DNA from: Octopus vulgaris
Lineage: Eukaryota
Assembly: GCA_951406725.2 (NCBI GenBank)
Contig: OX597822.1
Coordinates: 5,580,001 to 5,644,000 of the forward strand
DNA: 64,000 nucleotides
Reading direction: 5' to 3'
A program made the position numbers and the translations under genes. Numbering within the stretch: position 1 is the stretch's first letter; each line of letters begins with the position of its first letter. Under the pieces are notes generated by a model, which had not been told where the DNA came from, searched no databases, and was given only the letters and a program-made list of their open reading frames with translations. This document shows positions 1 through 13,600 of the stretch, in pieces.

Positions 1-529
1 TTGCATTGTTAAAATACTTGGAAAAAAACATTAACATTGCAAATCCCATTTGCTTTTTCTCAGAAAAAGTGCTAAATACTTATTGGTGGATACCACAGTT
101 ACAAATAGTCAATCAAAAGGTGCAAATATTTGATATTTGATTACTATTCCCTCAGTGTGTGCACTACATAAATCATGAGCTAACAGACACTGGAAACAAA
201 TTGGTTTGAGCAAGAAAGCTTTTATGAAGTCTTAAGAGGAAATATTTCAATTTAGTTTCTTTTTTTTTAATATTCACTTTCTAAATACTATATTTATATC
301 AATAAAGCTGCCATAACTACTACTACTACTACTACGAGAAGTAACATAAATGATTAACAACATAATGAAATATTACCTCAATAGTTAATATTTTTCCTAG
401 TTATTTAAATTCTGTTGATTTACAGTTAAAATTTACTCTTCATATTATTACTTCTACAACCACTGCCATGTGATAGTAACATTGTTATAATACTCATCAC
501 TACATCATTGTAATAACTATTGTTATGAA

Positions 530-808
530 GCCAGTGCCGCCTCGACTAGCTTCCGTGCAGGTGGCATGTAAAATGCACCAATCCGACCGTGGCCGATGCC
601 AGCCTCGCCTGGCACCAGTGCAGGTGGCACGTAAAAAGCACCCACTACACTCATGGAGTGGTTGGCGTTAGGAAGGGCATCCAGCTGTAGAAACATTGCC
701 AGATAAGACCGGAGCCTGGTGCAGCCTTCTGGCTTCCCAGATCCCCGGTCGAACTGTCCAACCCATGCTAGCATGGAGAACGGACGTTAAACGATGATGA
801 TGATGATT
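530..808 (+). mobile_element. Non-autonomous retroelement (SINE-like) with RTE-type 3' tail and (GAT)n end
   Basis: Internal repeats of GTGCAGGTGGCA(C/T)GTAAAA(A/T)GCACC, motif GGTTGGCGTTAGGAAGGGCATCCAGCTGTAGAAAC, tail AACCCATGCTAGCATGGAGAACGGACGTTAAAC(GAT)n; near-identical inverted copy at 4186-4543. Confidence 0.8.
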
Positions 809-961
809 GTCTCATCACTGTAGTTTCTTTATAATTGTTATAGTCACACCATTGTAGTCGGAGTACAATCATTATCAACACGTTATAGTAGTACTTTTGT
901 AATCATGGTAATTACATCATTGTGAAAGCATTGTACTAAACACCACAAATTGATTACTTAC

Positions 962-1082
962 AGTCGATGTAACAAGATTTTATATGCACAATATATCAGC
1001 CTTTCTTTTCTAAAGTGTACTGGAATTTGAATTTAGACAACTTTAAACTCATTTTGCTATATCTTGTATTGCCTGGATATGT
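962..1082 (-). other. Candidate non-coding (5'UTR/lncRNA) internal exon, 121 nt
   Basis: Minus strand acceptor CTTTTTAATGCAG|ACA and donor ACT|GTAAGT; unique sequence; stop codons in all three frames. Confidence 0.4.
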
Positions 1083-1561
1083 CTGCATTAAAAAGCAGTG
1101 TTAAACCCAAGTGCTTTAACTGTAAAATAGCCTTTTTCATTACTAACCATTAAATATAAAGCTGAAAGGACAAATTTTCAGCAGGCTGAAATGATGCAGT
1201 TCTAAGCACAATATATTTTCCAATTTAATTGACATCATGGTAATTATCACCAATAACGTTTATACCCGCTGTTTTTCTATGTCAGCTGGACAAGCAGTTT
1301 TAAAACTTTTATATAAGACAAAGATAGAATTTAGCACATCTTTAATGACCAGTTACAACTGTTTCGGCACCATCCTGTTTTTAATGCCAATGCATGCAAA
1401 AGTTCAATGTGAAAAATTAGATAATATCTGCAGTTTTTAAACACTAAAGTGGCCCTTCATAAGACATGTATCAAAAGGTGGGCTCTTACACTGCTCAATG
1501 TAAAAGCACACTTTTTGATGCAAGTCTGATGAGGCACTACTCCAGTATTTAAAACTGCAAA

Positions 1562-1901
1562 TCTTTATATATAAAGATGAAGTTAACCAAAAGCGGGTAT
1601 CTTATAGTCGTGATTCATATCGAGCCCTTTTGGGTATTAGTGCGCATCTACGATGAGTCTACGATTTAAAAAAAAATTTACCATCATTTTTTTCCCATTT
1701 TTAATGCATTTTTTTGCTATTATATAAGGGAAGTAACTCACTAAAAATGTATTATTAAATCTCAGAACGTAAAAGGCTAGAGTAACACCCCCTCCCTTTG
1801 TGGTTAGCCATATTGAGATGGCTATTATACTTTACATCTCTAAAAATGCTTATATAATTATTTCCCTTACAAATCCGAGCAACGCCGGGCGATACTGCTA
1901 G
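1562..1901 (+). mobile_element. Non-autonomous Helitron
   Basis: A|TC 5' end (TCTTTATATATAAAG), 3' hairpin CCGAGCAACGCCGGG followed by CTAG|T, no TSD; homologous to 30764-31164 and 38942-39335. Confidence 0.88.
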
Positions 1902-1924
1902 TATTACATTATATTACATAGACA

Positions 1925-2600
1925 AATCTACCCAGGATGCTTCAAACTAAACAGTTGGTTTTGAAGATGGTAAGAGTACTAATATTGTTTGTAATAAAAT
2001 TCTGAAGAGCAAAAGACCATGGGTATGGGGTCAATGGAATAAATCTTCAATGGAAACCATACAACAGGTCACAGAGAAACAAAGAGAGAAACTTAAAATG
2101 ATAAAAGAGGTTGTGTACAACTTTTTATCACCTTCAAAAACCTTGGAAATGAGGTCGATAAGCCAGCAGAGCCAGAGTTTCCATTAATAGGAATGTTTAT
2201 ATAGTCTGGTGTAGAAACCTCTGATTAAAGATTGATAAATTTGATAAATATAATGAAAGAAACACAATCAGAACAGGTGACAATAAAGGTAGGAATAATG
2301 AGAGCAGGTGAGAATAATGGCAGAGATGTTTTAAGGACCAGTGAGAGTAATGGTAAGTCAGATCACCTTGTTATAGTGTTTGTAAAATAGAGATTTTCCA
2401 CTTGGTGGTTGTGTTTATGTGGTAATAAATAATATACTGGGGATGGGTAAGTTTTGATGTGCCTGGGCAGGGTGGAGTCAGAAGCAAATTATTCACAAAA
2501 TATGTGTTTTCAGCAGGAAATGTGTGGGCACAGTTAGATGAGATGAGATAGGTTACTGTGTAAAAGCTGATGGGTCAAAGAAACTGACAGAGGGTGGCTA
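1925..2600 (-). pseudogene. Highly decayed CR1/Jockey-like LINE reverse transcriptase remnant
   Basis: Minus-strand traces in RT order: ATTTCCAAGGTTTTTGAA (ISKVFE), TATGGTTTC (YGF of QYGFR), then a THxWSxAL-like segment; many stops and frameshifts. Confidence 0.35.
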
Positions 2601-2709
2601 AACTGAATTTGGAAGGTCACTGTGAACAACAAGGGTATGCATGGATAACTATTTCGGTTTCACTTCTGCACATAAAGAGAAAGAAAGGCATGAAGATAGG
2701 GAGAGAGAG

Positions 2710-2885
2710 AGTCATATGAAGAAAAGTCATATATGAAGAAAGGTAAGAGATATATGAAGAAAAGTAAGAGATATATGAAGAAAATGAAAGAGATATATGA
2801 AGAAAAGGTGAGAGATATATGAAAAGAAAGCAAGATACATGAAGAAAATGTGAGACATATGGGGTGAGAGAGATAAATATATGGA
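2710..2885. repeat. Purine-rich minisatellite, unit about 23 bp (ATATGAAGAAAAGTAAGAGATAT-like)
   Basis: About 6 imperfect tandem copies visible. Confidence 0.8.
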
Positions 2886-3463
2886 GAGAGGAGAGAGAGA
2901 GAGAAACATACAAATACATGTATGAGAGAGAGGGAAAGAGAAACATATGAAGTGAAATGCACATATGAAAAGAGAAATGGGAAGACACTAAATGAGACAC
3001 AAAAGCATAAAGGTAGGAGAGAAGGTAAACCAAGTCAGAACCTAAAGAGAATAAAATATGAATAGAAAGAAAAAGAGAGCGAGAATGAGGGGGGGGGGGG
3101 AAGGAGCAGAGTGAGAAAGAAAATGTCTAAATAAACTAAGTAAATGTTAAATAGAAATAATAAAAATAACAATATAGGTAGGACTGAAAGGTTTGTTTAC
3201 ACAACAGGAAATTAAAGTCAGATGATTCTTATTTTTCGCTCCCCTTTTTTCCATGCCAGAATCTGTTGTTTCTGGCTGACTTCTAGAATTCAATAAATTA
3301 GCTCCCATTCAGTATAATGATTAGTTCTTTATCCTTTTTTATGTTATTCTTCATACATATTTTACTAGTTCTTGGTTGTATTGGATGGCTCTGAAAATTG
3401 AATATTTTTATATGCTTCATTAGAACCAAATATTTCTGTGTGTATATATATATATATGTGTGT

Positions 3464-3768
3464 GGAGGCGCAATGGCCCACTGGTTAGGGCAGCGGACTC
3501 GCGGTCGTAGGATCGCAGTTTCGATTCCCAGACCGGCCGTTGTGTGTGTTTATTGAGTGAAAACACCTAAAATGCTCCACGAGGCTCCGGCAGGGGGTGG
3601 TGATCCCTGCTGTACTCTTTCACCACTCCTCCTCTCACTCTTTCTTCTGTTGGCCTGCTCACTTAGCCACTGGGGTGGCGTCATTCGAAGGCTAAAACAA
3701 TGCGAACGCATTGTGACCAGTGATGTGTAGCAACATCTGATGGTCTGGTCGGTCACATGATCACGTGA
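3464..3768 (+). mobile_element. tRNA-Arg-derived (OR-type) SINE
   Basis: Head GGAGGCGCAATGGCCCACTGGTTAGGGCAGCGGACTCGCGG...GTTTCGATTCCC with Pol III A/B boxes and TCG anticodon-like loop; same head at 17.9 kb and 23.9 kb. Confidence 0.85.
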
Positions 3769-4185
3769 ATATAATAATAATATAATAATAATAATATATA
3801 TATATGTACATGAGTACAACTTGTTGACAATTCACTATGTATTCTCATTTGTGACTAGTTTCACTTACATCACTTATGACTTTAGTAATAACATGAATGT
3901 CATAACTCCCCATTTTGTATTTAACAAACCAGGCATAGCTGTGTTGCTAAGGTTCAGTCCTAATGTGCAGTACCTTAGGCAAGTATTTTCTATTAAAGCC
4001 TTGGGTCAACCGATATCCTGCAAATAAATTTGGTACATGAAAATTTTGTAGAAGCTTGTCTCATGTGTGTGTGTGTGTGACCAAGAAGTGCATACATACA
4101 CTCCGTCCCACAATCTACAATGTCCTCTTGTGCTTCTGTTCTTTACTGAGCTCAATCTGACATGACACAGTATTCAGCAGTTAAA

Positions 4186-4543
4186 CATCATCATCATCAT
4201 CATCATCATTTAACGTCCGTTCTCCATGCTAGCATGGATTGGACGGTTCGACTGGGGATCTGGGAAGCCAGAAGGCTGCACCAGGCTCCAGTCTTATCTG
4301 GCAATGTTTCTACAGCTGGATACCCTTCCTAACGCCAACCACTCCGTGAGTGTAGTGGGTGCTTTTTACGTGCCACCTGCACAGGTGCCAGGCGAGGCTG
4401 GCAACGGCCACGGTCGGATTGGTGCATTTTACGTGCCACCGGCACGGAAGCCAGTCAAGGCGGTGCTGGCATCGGCCATGATTCGGATAGTGCTTTTTAC
4501 GTACCACCGGTCCAGGGGTCCTGGCATCTGCCGGGTGCCAGTC
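4186..4543 (-). mobile_element. Second copy of the RTE-tailed (GAT)n element
   Basis: Reverse complement of 530-808 with a third internal repeat unit; (CAT)n tail on the left. Confidence 0.8.
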
Positions 4544-4585
4544 TTGTTTAGTCACTGATCTTGGGAGAAGGTACTACAATGTAAT

Positions 4586-4799
4586 CTTTTCTACTCGAGA
4601 CACAAGGCCCAAAATTTGTGGGGAGGGGGCCAGTCAATTAGATCGATCCCAGTATGCAATTGGTACTTAATTTATCGACCCCAAAAGAATGAAAGGCAAA
4701 GTCGACTTCTGAGGAATTTGATCCCAGAACATAAGGACAGACAAAATACTGCTAAGCATTTCACCCAGCGTACTCATGCCTCTGCCAGCTGGCCACTTT
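4586..4799 (-). mobile_element. Nin-domain-type tRNA SINE with 16-bp TSD
   Basis: ATCGACCCC..AAGAATGAAAGGCAAAGTCGAC core; perfect direct repeat GGTACTACAATGTAAT at 4570-4585 and 4800-4815. Confidence 0.85.
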
Positions 4800-4926
4800 G
4801 GTACTACAATGTAATGAAGCCATTGGCAATGGATCAATATCAGATATTAAGTTATGTGAGCATGTTTCAATTTTAAGATAGAGTGCTTTTAAACTGTGTA
4901 TATAAAAGTAGTTGAGATGAATTCAC

Positions 4927-5333
4927 TTTTACACTTTTACTTGTTTCAGTCATTTGACTGCGGCCATGCTGGAGCACCGCCTTTAGTTGAGCAAATCGAC
5001 CCCGGGACTTATTCTTTGTAAGCCCAGTACTTATTCTATCGGTCTCTTTTGCCGAACTGCTAAGTGACGGGGACGTAAACACACCAGCATCGGTTGTCAA
5101 GCAATGCTAGGGGGACAAACACAGACACACAAACACACACACACATACATATATATATATACATATATATGACAGGCTTCTTTCAGTTTCCGTCTGCCAA
5201 ATCCACTCACAAGGCATTGGTTGGCTGGGGCTATAGCAGAAGGCACTTGCCCAAGATGCCACGCAGTGGGACTGAACCCGGAACCATGTGGTTGGTTAGC
5301 AAGCTACTTACCACACAGCCACTCCTGCGCCTA
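4927..5333 (-). mobile_element. Full-length CORE-like tRNA SINE with central (CA/TA)n
   Basis: Head TAGGCGCAGGAGTGGCTGTGTGGTAAG...GGTTCAGTCCC (A/B boxes), CTTGGGCAAGTG core, short-repeat tail; more than 10 copies in window. Confidence 0.9.
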
Positions 5334-5408
5334 TATTCAGAATATATTCACACATTTAGAAGTATTTTGTTTGTTTATATTTTTGTTACCAATCTCTTTC
5401 TCTTTTAA

Positions 5409-5607
5409 CTCTTTAGCATTTAAACCAGCCTTATTTGGCCAAAATATTCTACCTGTTTTGTGTTTCACATCTACCTTACTATGTCGTTCCAAAAATAAAC
5501 TTATCACGCCTTCAAAGTTTTGAAGCTGGAAGGTAATGCATGCTCAATTCAAAACAATGGGAATAAATAAGAATCACATCTGACAGAGTAATCTGAATGC
5601 GAGAGAG
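5409..5607. mobile_element. piggyBac-type MITE (decayed)
   Basis: TTAA|CTCTTTAGCATT left end; homologous to 19332-19552 in opposite orientation. Confidence 0.7.
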
Positions 5608-6530
5608 TCAAAATCAAATTTGAATTCAGAGGTAGGAAGCATCAAACTAGATGCCTCAAAGCATTTAACTCTGAACTATTCTCGGTACCATGCTAGCTTT
5701 GCTTAAGATACGTTCCGTACTCGTCAACTGAGTGCTAGTTTAAGTATTTCACAAACAAGTTCATTATAATTACATGACAACAATAAAAAGTTGTTTGTTT
5801 TTAATTAGGTACAAAGCCACAAATTTGTAAAGGAAAATTAGATTTTTGCATTTGTGTTTTCACAAAGGTATCAACAAAATGAGACGAGACAACCACAACT
5901 ATAGAAAATGGAACAGAATCACAGACTAAACGCACAAAAGGCTTACTTCTGCGGCACTCATAACATTCTTTCTTTTCATCTCATACAAGGGAAATTTTTG
6001 CAAGGCTAAGTGAATAATCCCCAGTATACTACCGGAACTTACATTTACAATTCCAAGAAGTATAAAGGACAACAACTACTTCGAAAGAATGTGAAAATTT
6101 TTTTAACATATATTTTAATCACGAGGAAAGGTTGTGTCCTTTACAAAGAGAAGGAAGGAGGAAGGAATAGATTTTCAAATAAAAGACTTGGTCTGAATAC
6201 TTGCAACAGAATGGGCCCTGTTAAGGCATCCAATGTGTCAAGTGGTGGAGCTAAACCAAGTGACAAATTAAGTCCATCCTACAAGATTAAGCTTATCACC
6301 CAATACTAAATCTACTACCTAGCATTAAGCTAAACAGTATACTAACCACCCTTAGAATGTAGAAAAAACTGTATACTGGAAGGCATTAAACAATTTTGGG
6401 CACCCTCTAGCAATAAATACTAATATTGTTTGTTCAGCTACATCGTCAATTTTCATGAATGAAACTATATTTGATTAATTTACAACATTATAATTACAGG
6501 GGAATATTTTATTAACCTAAATGAAACTAG

Positions 6531-6930
6531 GTAGCTGTGTGGTAAGTAGCTTGCTAACCAACCACATGGCTCCGGGTTCAGTCCCACTGCGTGGCATCTT
6601 GGGCAAGTGTCTTCTGCTATAGCCCCGGGCCGACCAATGCCTTGTGAGTGGATTTGGTAGACGGAAACTGAAAGAAGCCTGGCGTATATATGTATATATA
6701 TATATGTGTGTGTGTATGTGTGTGTGTTTGTGTGTTTGTCCCCCTAGCATTGCTTGACAACCGATGCTGGTGTGTTTACGTCCCAGTCACCTAGCGGTTC
6801 GGCAAAAGAGACCGATAGAATAAGTACTGGGCTTACAAAGAATAAGTCCCAGGGTCGATTTGCTCGACTAAAGGCGGTGCTCCAGCATGGCCGCAGTCAA
6901 ATGACTGAAACAAGTAAAAGATAAAAGATA
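6531..6930 (+). mobile_element. CORE-like tRNA SINE
   Basis: Near-identical reverse complement of 4927-5333. Confidence 0.9.
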
Positions 6931-7889
6931 AACACATAAGGCAGGATCATGACCCCCCCCTCCTCAACTCTCTCTATTTCTCCACATATACACATTTGAC
7001 TAACTTTCCTTTAATCTTTAGTGCTGAAAGGCAATTTTCTACTTGCTTTATAAAACTGTTCAATTTTTTTTTTTTATGTTTTCTCTTATATTCTTACATT
7101 TAATTTCTAACACACACACACACATATACATTTTGTTTGCTTCTTATTTGTTAATGTTTTCTAAGTTCATAAAAAGAGTTCATCACCAGTATGCATGACT
7201 TGAAAGGGTTAGAGATAATAGTGTATATTTATCTTATTTCATTGGCAAGCAATGTCATGAATAACCGAACTATTCTAACATATACAAAATTAAATCAAAT
7301 TGGTTTCTTTAAAAAGGTCTGGGATTTAACTACAAAAATAAAAAACAGAAGAAATAAAATAGAATAAAGCAAATAAATAAAATTCATACAATAATTTACT
7401 TTATACAGATTTAATTATAATGATATTTAATAACCTGTAAATTCCTACAAATATAAATGTCACTATCTTTAAACGCTATATAACATAGCAACTAAGTTTA
7501 ATTCAATTTCATAGCTCAAAAGTTGATTACCTCAATTTGACCAATCTGCCCTCTCTCTAAGCTTATTTCAATAATCATGATAAATTTACAAGTGGCATAA
7601 TGCATATAATAATGCAATAACTTCTATTTTCAGAATTTTCTACTTCAAATAAGGAGGAATGTGGGAAAAGAAAAAGAGAAAAGAAAGCAGTAACTGTACA
7701 CTATTTTAATCTGAATAGTATTTAATATATTTATCTCGCCACTAACCAAAAGGTTAATAATTTTCCTTAAATATTACTCAATTATTTTTTCTCCTCATTC
7801 TAACTATACATACATACATACATACATACATACATACATCCATAAATACCTCAATCCATATATATATATATATATGAGTATAAACTTAC

Positions 7890-8004
7890 AAAAGTATCAT
7901 TACTATTATTATCGTTATTATTGTCATCAAGAATTTACTTCCATTCTGGAATTATATTTAGCAAATTGTAAAATTCCTTTCCAATTAAGATTCGTCAAAT
8001 GCTG
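7890..8004 (-). other. Candidate non-coding internal exon, 115 nt (NAGNAG acceptor)
   Basis: Minus strand TGTGTCTATTTCAG|CAG|CAT acceptor and TTT|GTAAGT donor; all three frames closed. Confidence 0.4.
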
Positions 8005-11000
8005 CTGAAATAGACACAACATAATCTATATCAATAGATATAAATATCATTGCAAAAATAATGTTTTCAAATTTGGGACAATTTTAACAGTCTGCTTCAA
8101 ATACTAAATTCAGAAATGTCCAGTTTGCATCTACCAAGATGCAAAATAGAAAGTCTATTGAATATACTGAAAGTTATAACTGCACACAAGAGAAACCCCA
8201 GAGGAAATACAAGTTCCATCCAATTACACTTGACCATATCAATCAAGTTTCTGCTCTGATGAAATTCAAAGAGAAATGCATCATTTGATACTCTTGGCAT
8301 GGAACCAATCAATGATACAATTAAGTATTTAAAGAAGGAAGCAGCTTCGATAAGAATCTAGCATCACGACAGCGTTTTCGCGGCATGATGCTTGCTAATG
8401 GTTCCCGCCTCTTCACTCACAAACAAACACATCTGCCTGCTAAAATATAGAAAGATTTAAGTTCTAATCTATTTTAGTAAACTGATTTCATTTCATTACT
8501 GGTGTATTTTGTCAGATTATGGCAAGAAGATATTTTCCCCTCATAAAAAGAAAATATCTGAATATTATTACATTAATCCTTTGTGAATCCAGTTAAAGCA
8601 AAATATATTTACAAACTTCTATGAGGCTGACAGATACTGTAGCGGAGAAAATTCATGATAAGAAAATACAGTTCAATCATTGCCATTTTTTTTCTTTTTC
8701 TTTTTTTTTTAATTGTTTTAAATCCATTTCTTTTTTTTTCAGAGCTTCCATGAATGATATGGTTTTCTCTGAGAGGAATTGATTTTACACTCGGATACTC
8801 TTCTTACTAGTGTCCACTCAACCATGAGGTAGGAATGGTATCTGATTTTGTTCATCAGGTAAACTGGAGCAATCAAAGTTATTGGGCATACCAAGGAACA
8901 CAATATACAATCACTATAGTAAGCTTTAAAAATACAGTCATGTTTTCTGTAGTTCAACACCTGAATGCCATTGCAAATTATGGTGCATTAAACTCAGATT
9001 AAAAGCCAAAAATAGATAGAATAATCCAGTGTATTACATTAAGTATCAAAAAATATATTACAAACTGTGTTGATCATAATGTGAATAGCATCAAAATTGC
9101 ACTACATGTGTTATTCCAATATACTGAATGAGCATCCTTTTTCAGATTATGAGCAACACAAATTTTTCTTCTCAAGGTACAAATACAAAAATAATTATCT
9201 TATTTTCAAATCACTGAATATTTTGTCAAATTAGTGTTTCTTTGTATGAATTTAAGCAATGAAGCATATATACAGTGAGAGAACATTGATTTTTAAATTA
9301 AGTAGATTTTGTCCTAGAAATAATTGAAGTTTCAGATTATATTTTATTTTCTTTCCAATATCTGTGCCATAAATTGTTAATATACATCATCCACTGGAAA
9401 GGAACACCAAATACATTTGGAATGATGGTTACAGGAATCTGATAAAGCTTCATTACACACACACACACACACGCACATATTATTGTTTATTGTTTAGTGT
9501 GTATATGTGTGTATATATGTGTGTATGTATGTGTATATATAGAGTGGGGAAGAAAGAGAGACAGACTAACAGAGATATAAGGTCCAGGTACAAAGTTATC
9601 TGTTCTTGTTGAACTGTCCAACCCATGCCAGTACAGAAAAGTGACATTAAATGAGGATATACACACATTATACATATACACACACATACACGTAACCTTG
9701 TACATACACACATGCACACATTATACATTTACACGAATACATACACACACATAAATACTATAAACCAATAGAGAGATGTATATACACGTATGGGGATGTG
9801 TGTGTAAGGGGTGTACATACATGTATGTGCGCATATGTGCGTGAATAAATTCTCCTCTAAAAGAAGAAAAATGACAAATTGATTTGTAAAATGATTACCA
9901 GATATCCCAAACCTACCACATTTGATATAAACTTCATTCTAAAAATATTATATACCAATATTGGCTGTCAAAAGTCAATAGTAAAATGCTTGCTAGTCAT
10001 GTTAAGTTTGATGAAGAAAGATCAATGAAGATACAAGCAATCTAACCAGTTTAGATAAATCTAGAGCTGATTTCCTTTTATAAATCCCACCACCACCACC
10101 AGAAAAGCCGCCACTATCCATTCCAGTAATCATTATCATCAACTCCACCAATAAAATTAGTTGTAAGATCGTAACTTATTCCCCAGCATCATAAGTAATT
10201 AACCATTTGGTAAATGGTTTGTTGTTATTGGCATTTCACATTGAACGAGTTTTGCAATATTGACAGCTGCATAAGGTAGATTCAGGCAGCAGCTGCTTAA
10301 TAAAGCCCATTCACAAATGAGGAAAGAACATTTGTGAAGCATCTTAGCAGTGGAATCGACAAACTCTCTGAAAAACTCACATATAAATTGTGTTGTTATT
10401 TAAACTACTTGAAGGAGAATTTTGCATGTCTAGAGAAAATTATAATGCAGAATTTAATCCTTTAAAATAAGCTATCTTTAATAGATTTTCAAACATTCCA
10501 CAATACCAACTTCCAAAATTGAGGAAGATCTGTAAGTAGTGCAGAGCTAGTTTGGATGCCTTACATAATCTGATGTTTAAATTGCAGAAAACAACATTGA
10601 TCTTTTTCTTTACAAGTCTGATCAAAGAAATGCCTCTATAATATACTAAGATTTAGTCAATTCACTCAGAAAGAAATCAATATTTATTGCTATGCTCATT
10701 GAAATGACCAAGAACAATAGTCTATTATCAAGCATTATCATTTTTTTTAAAATTCTTTTTGTCTAGATCACATAGTAACACAATGCAAACAATAAGTGAG
10801 TTGGCTGTTTTAAAATAATTTGCAGTACATCACTTGCTTTAAATTTAATCCAGTCACCTAGTATCTAGATCAATCTCTTGTAGCTCTCATCTCAAATCAT
10901 GTTTGGAGACAACTTTGTGTTTTGCTGTTCTGGGAGATTGGCGAAGTAACTACCAGTAATATTCTGGAGTGAATTAAGTAAAACATGCTCCTATCTGAGC

Positions 11001-12109
11001 AAAATTAGTTTTATAATCCATCTAGAAAGTAAATCATATTCGTAACGAAGTAAGACATTTTGCTTTTGCACTTATCGCTTTCTCCTGCACTTATACGTTA
11101 TTGAATATGTCCACACCCCCTGAAGCCATGTGTCAATCTTAGAGCAATTCACAGATTAGTAACATTGACCACCATCATGTGCTAGACATAAAATAATCCC
11201 TGGCTTATCCGCAAGCAATACGGGTTACATGTGCTTAGTATAAATAATCTTTGGATTAGCAAAGAAATAAACGTGCAATGACTTTCCAACTACAAGATGA
11301 TTTTAGAAAGAGATAAAAACAAAAACAAAGTAATAACAACAACAACGCTGGCAAAAACGTAAAGTAAAACTGAATTATATCTTCTTCAAAAACAAAACAA
11401 AATTTAAAAATTGTAAAAAAAAATATAAAAAAAAGAAAGAAACATGAACATTTTGCAAATTGTATTCAAATTAAGTTCATAGATAAAGGATTGAGAAGAA
11501 AAGCTGTATAACATAATAAAAGTAATGCAATGAAGGCAAAGCAGAAAATGGAAATAAGTGAAAAAGAAAATGGAAGAAGAAAACCAGCAACTTATAAACG
11601 TTACAACTAATATCAGCTAATGCAACATAAATACGTTTAAATCTCACTGTATATTTTCTCTTGAATTACCAAGTGAAACAGAAGTTTCTGATTACATAGC
11701 TCTGTTTCTTTCCCTAATTGACATGCATGTTTGTTAGTGTTTTGTCGATAAAAATGACAACTCTAAGTAAGTGACAAGAATTTTCTTCTCTCATAGCACT
11801 TTCTTCTTGCTCAGAAACTGGAAGACAACAATTTCAATTCCTCTTCTGTTGTTTCCAAATATCTGGCATGGGTTGCAGGTTAAATCAGTTCATTTTATTG
11901 ATTCCATTTTTACACAATTTTGTTTTATTTTGGTTCTCGTTAAAAGGAAGCTTACCTAACACAAAGCCACATAAGTTACTAATGTGCAATCATTCTCACA
12001 GAATAACAAGTATTGAAAGCAAAAAGAAATAGAAGCTATGGCAGTTAAAATGCTTGAAAAATTGGTAATAATAACAGATACATTTTAATCTAAAATTAAT
12101 TTGTAATTT

Positions 12110-12455
12110 ACCTTTTATTTGTTTCAGTCATTGGACTGTAGTCTTGCTGGGGCACCACGTTGAGGAATCTTTTATTTTAAAGCCTAGTACTTATTCTATT
12201 GGTCTCTTTTGCTGAACTGCTAAGTTACTGGGATGTTAACAAGCCAGCGCTGGTTGTCAAGTGGTGGTGGATGACAAACGCAGATGCAAACACAACACAC
12301 ACACACACACACATATACATGATGGGCTTCTTTCAGTTTCCGTCTACGAAATCCACTCAAAGGCTTTGGTCAGCCTGAGGCTATAGTAGAAGACGCTCGC
12401 CCAAGGTATCACACAGTGGGACTGAAAACATGGAACCATGTGGTTAGGAAGCAGA
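12110..12455 (-). mobile_element. Older CORE-like tRNA SINE
   Basis: Diverged match to 4927-5333. Confidence 0.8.
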
Positions 12456-13107
12456 CTACAGAAGACAATTCTTATTGGTCAGAGAAAACACTTTAAATTG
12501 TGTTCTAAAAGTTAAAATCAGAACCACAAGTATAGTGCAAAAAAAGATGTGCACAAAAAGAAAAAATGGGTGAGCATTACAAAATAATATATATGTCTTA
12601 GGAATAAATTCAGTGGCCAGAAATTGAAGATAGTTTATTTATCACTGTTAGGGTAAAAAACAGTCGGTGGTACCTACATTCTTAATTGCCATTGCAACCG
12701 GTTGCTCAGCACTTTCAAAAGACTTTGATAAAAGAAAAATTTTTGTTAATTGAAAAACAAGTGAAGGTTGGTGATAGTAGAAGCACCTGACTATAAAATC
12801 CAAACTCAACATCAATTTCTGTTTAAGCCATGCAGGTATGTAAAAAATGGTTTCAGGTTTAGTCCGACTGCTGGGCACCTAGAGCAAGTATCTTCTACTC
12901 TAGCCTCAGCCCAACCAAAACTTTGAGAGTGGATTTGTTAGATGGAAATTCAAATGGACAGCCGTGTTGAAGTGGCTATGAACATTATTTATGTGTGTGT
13001 GTGTGTATGTGTGTGTGCATATGTATATATATAAATATTTGTATACTCTTTTACTCTTTTACTTGTTTCGGTCATTTGACTGTGGCCATGCTGGAGCACC
13101 GCCTTTA

Positions 13108-13600
<493 letters not shown>

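Noticed and set aside
1526-1533. CTGATGAG hammerhead or C-box-like word
   Set aside because: No stem II or GAAA partner, and no D box with terminal stem
3464-3535. tRNA-like sequences here and at 23929, 44430 and 52030
   Set aside because: No proper acceptor stem or terminator, and most run into SINE bodies; SINE heads, not tRNA genes
5094-5408. Recurrent peptides such as GYSRRHLPKMPRSGTEP and MTTDAGVFTSPS
   Set aside because: Translations of the multicopy CORE-like SINE
10300-11150. Unique stretch with short protein-looking frames
   Set aside because: Multiple stops and no recognisable motif; may be an old TE but cannot be supported without a translated search
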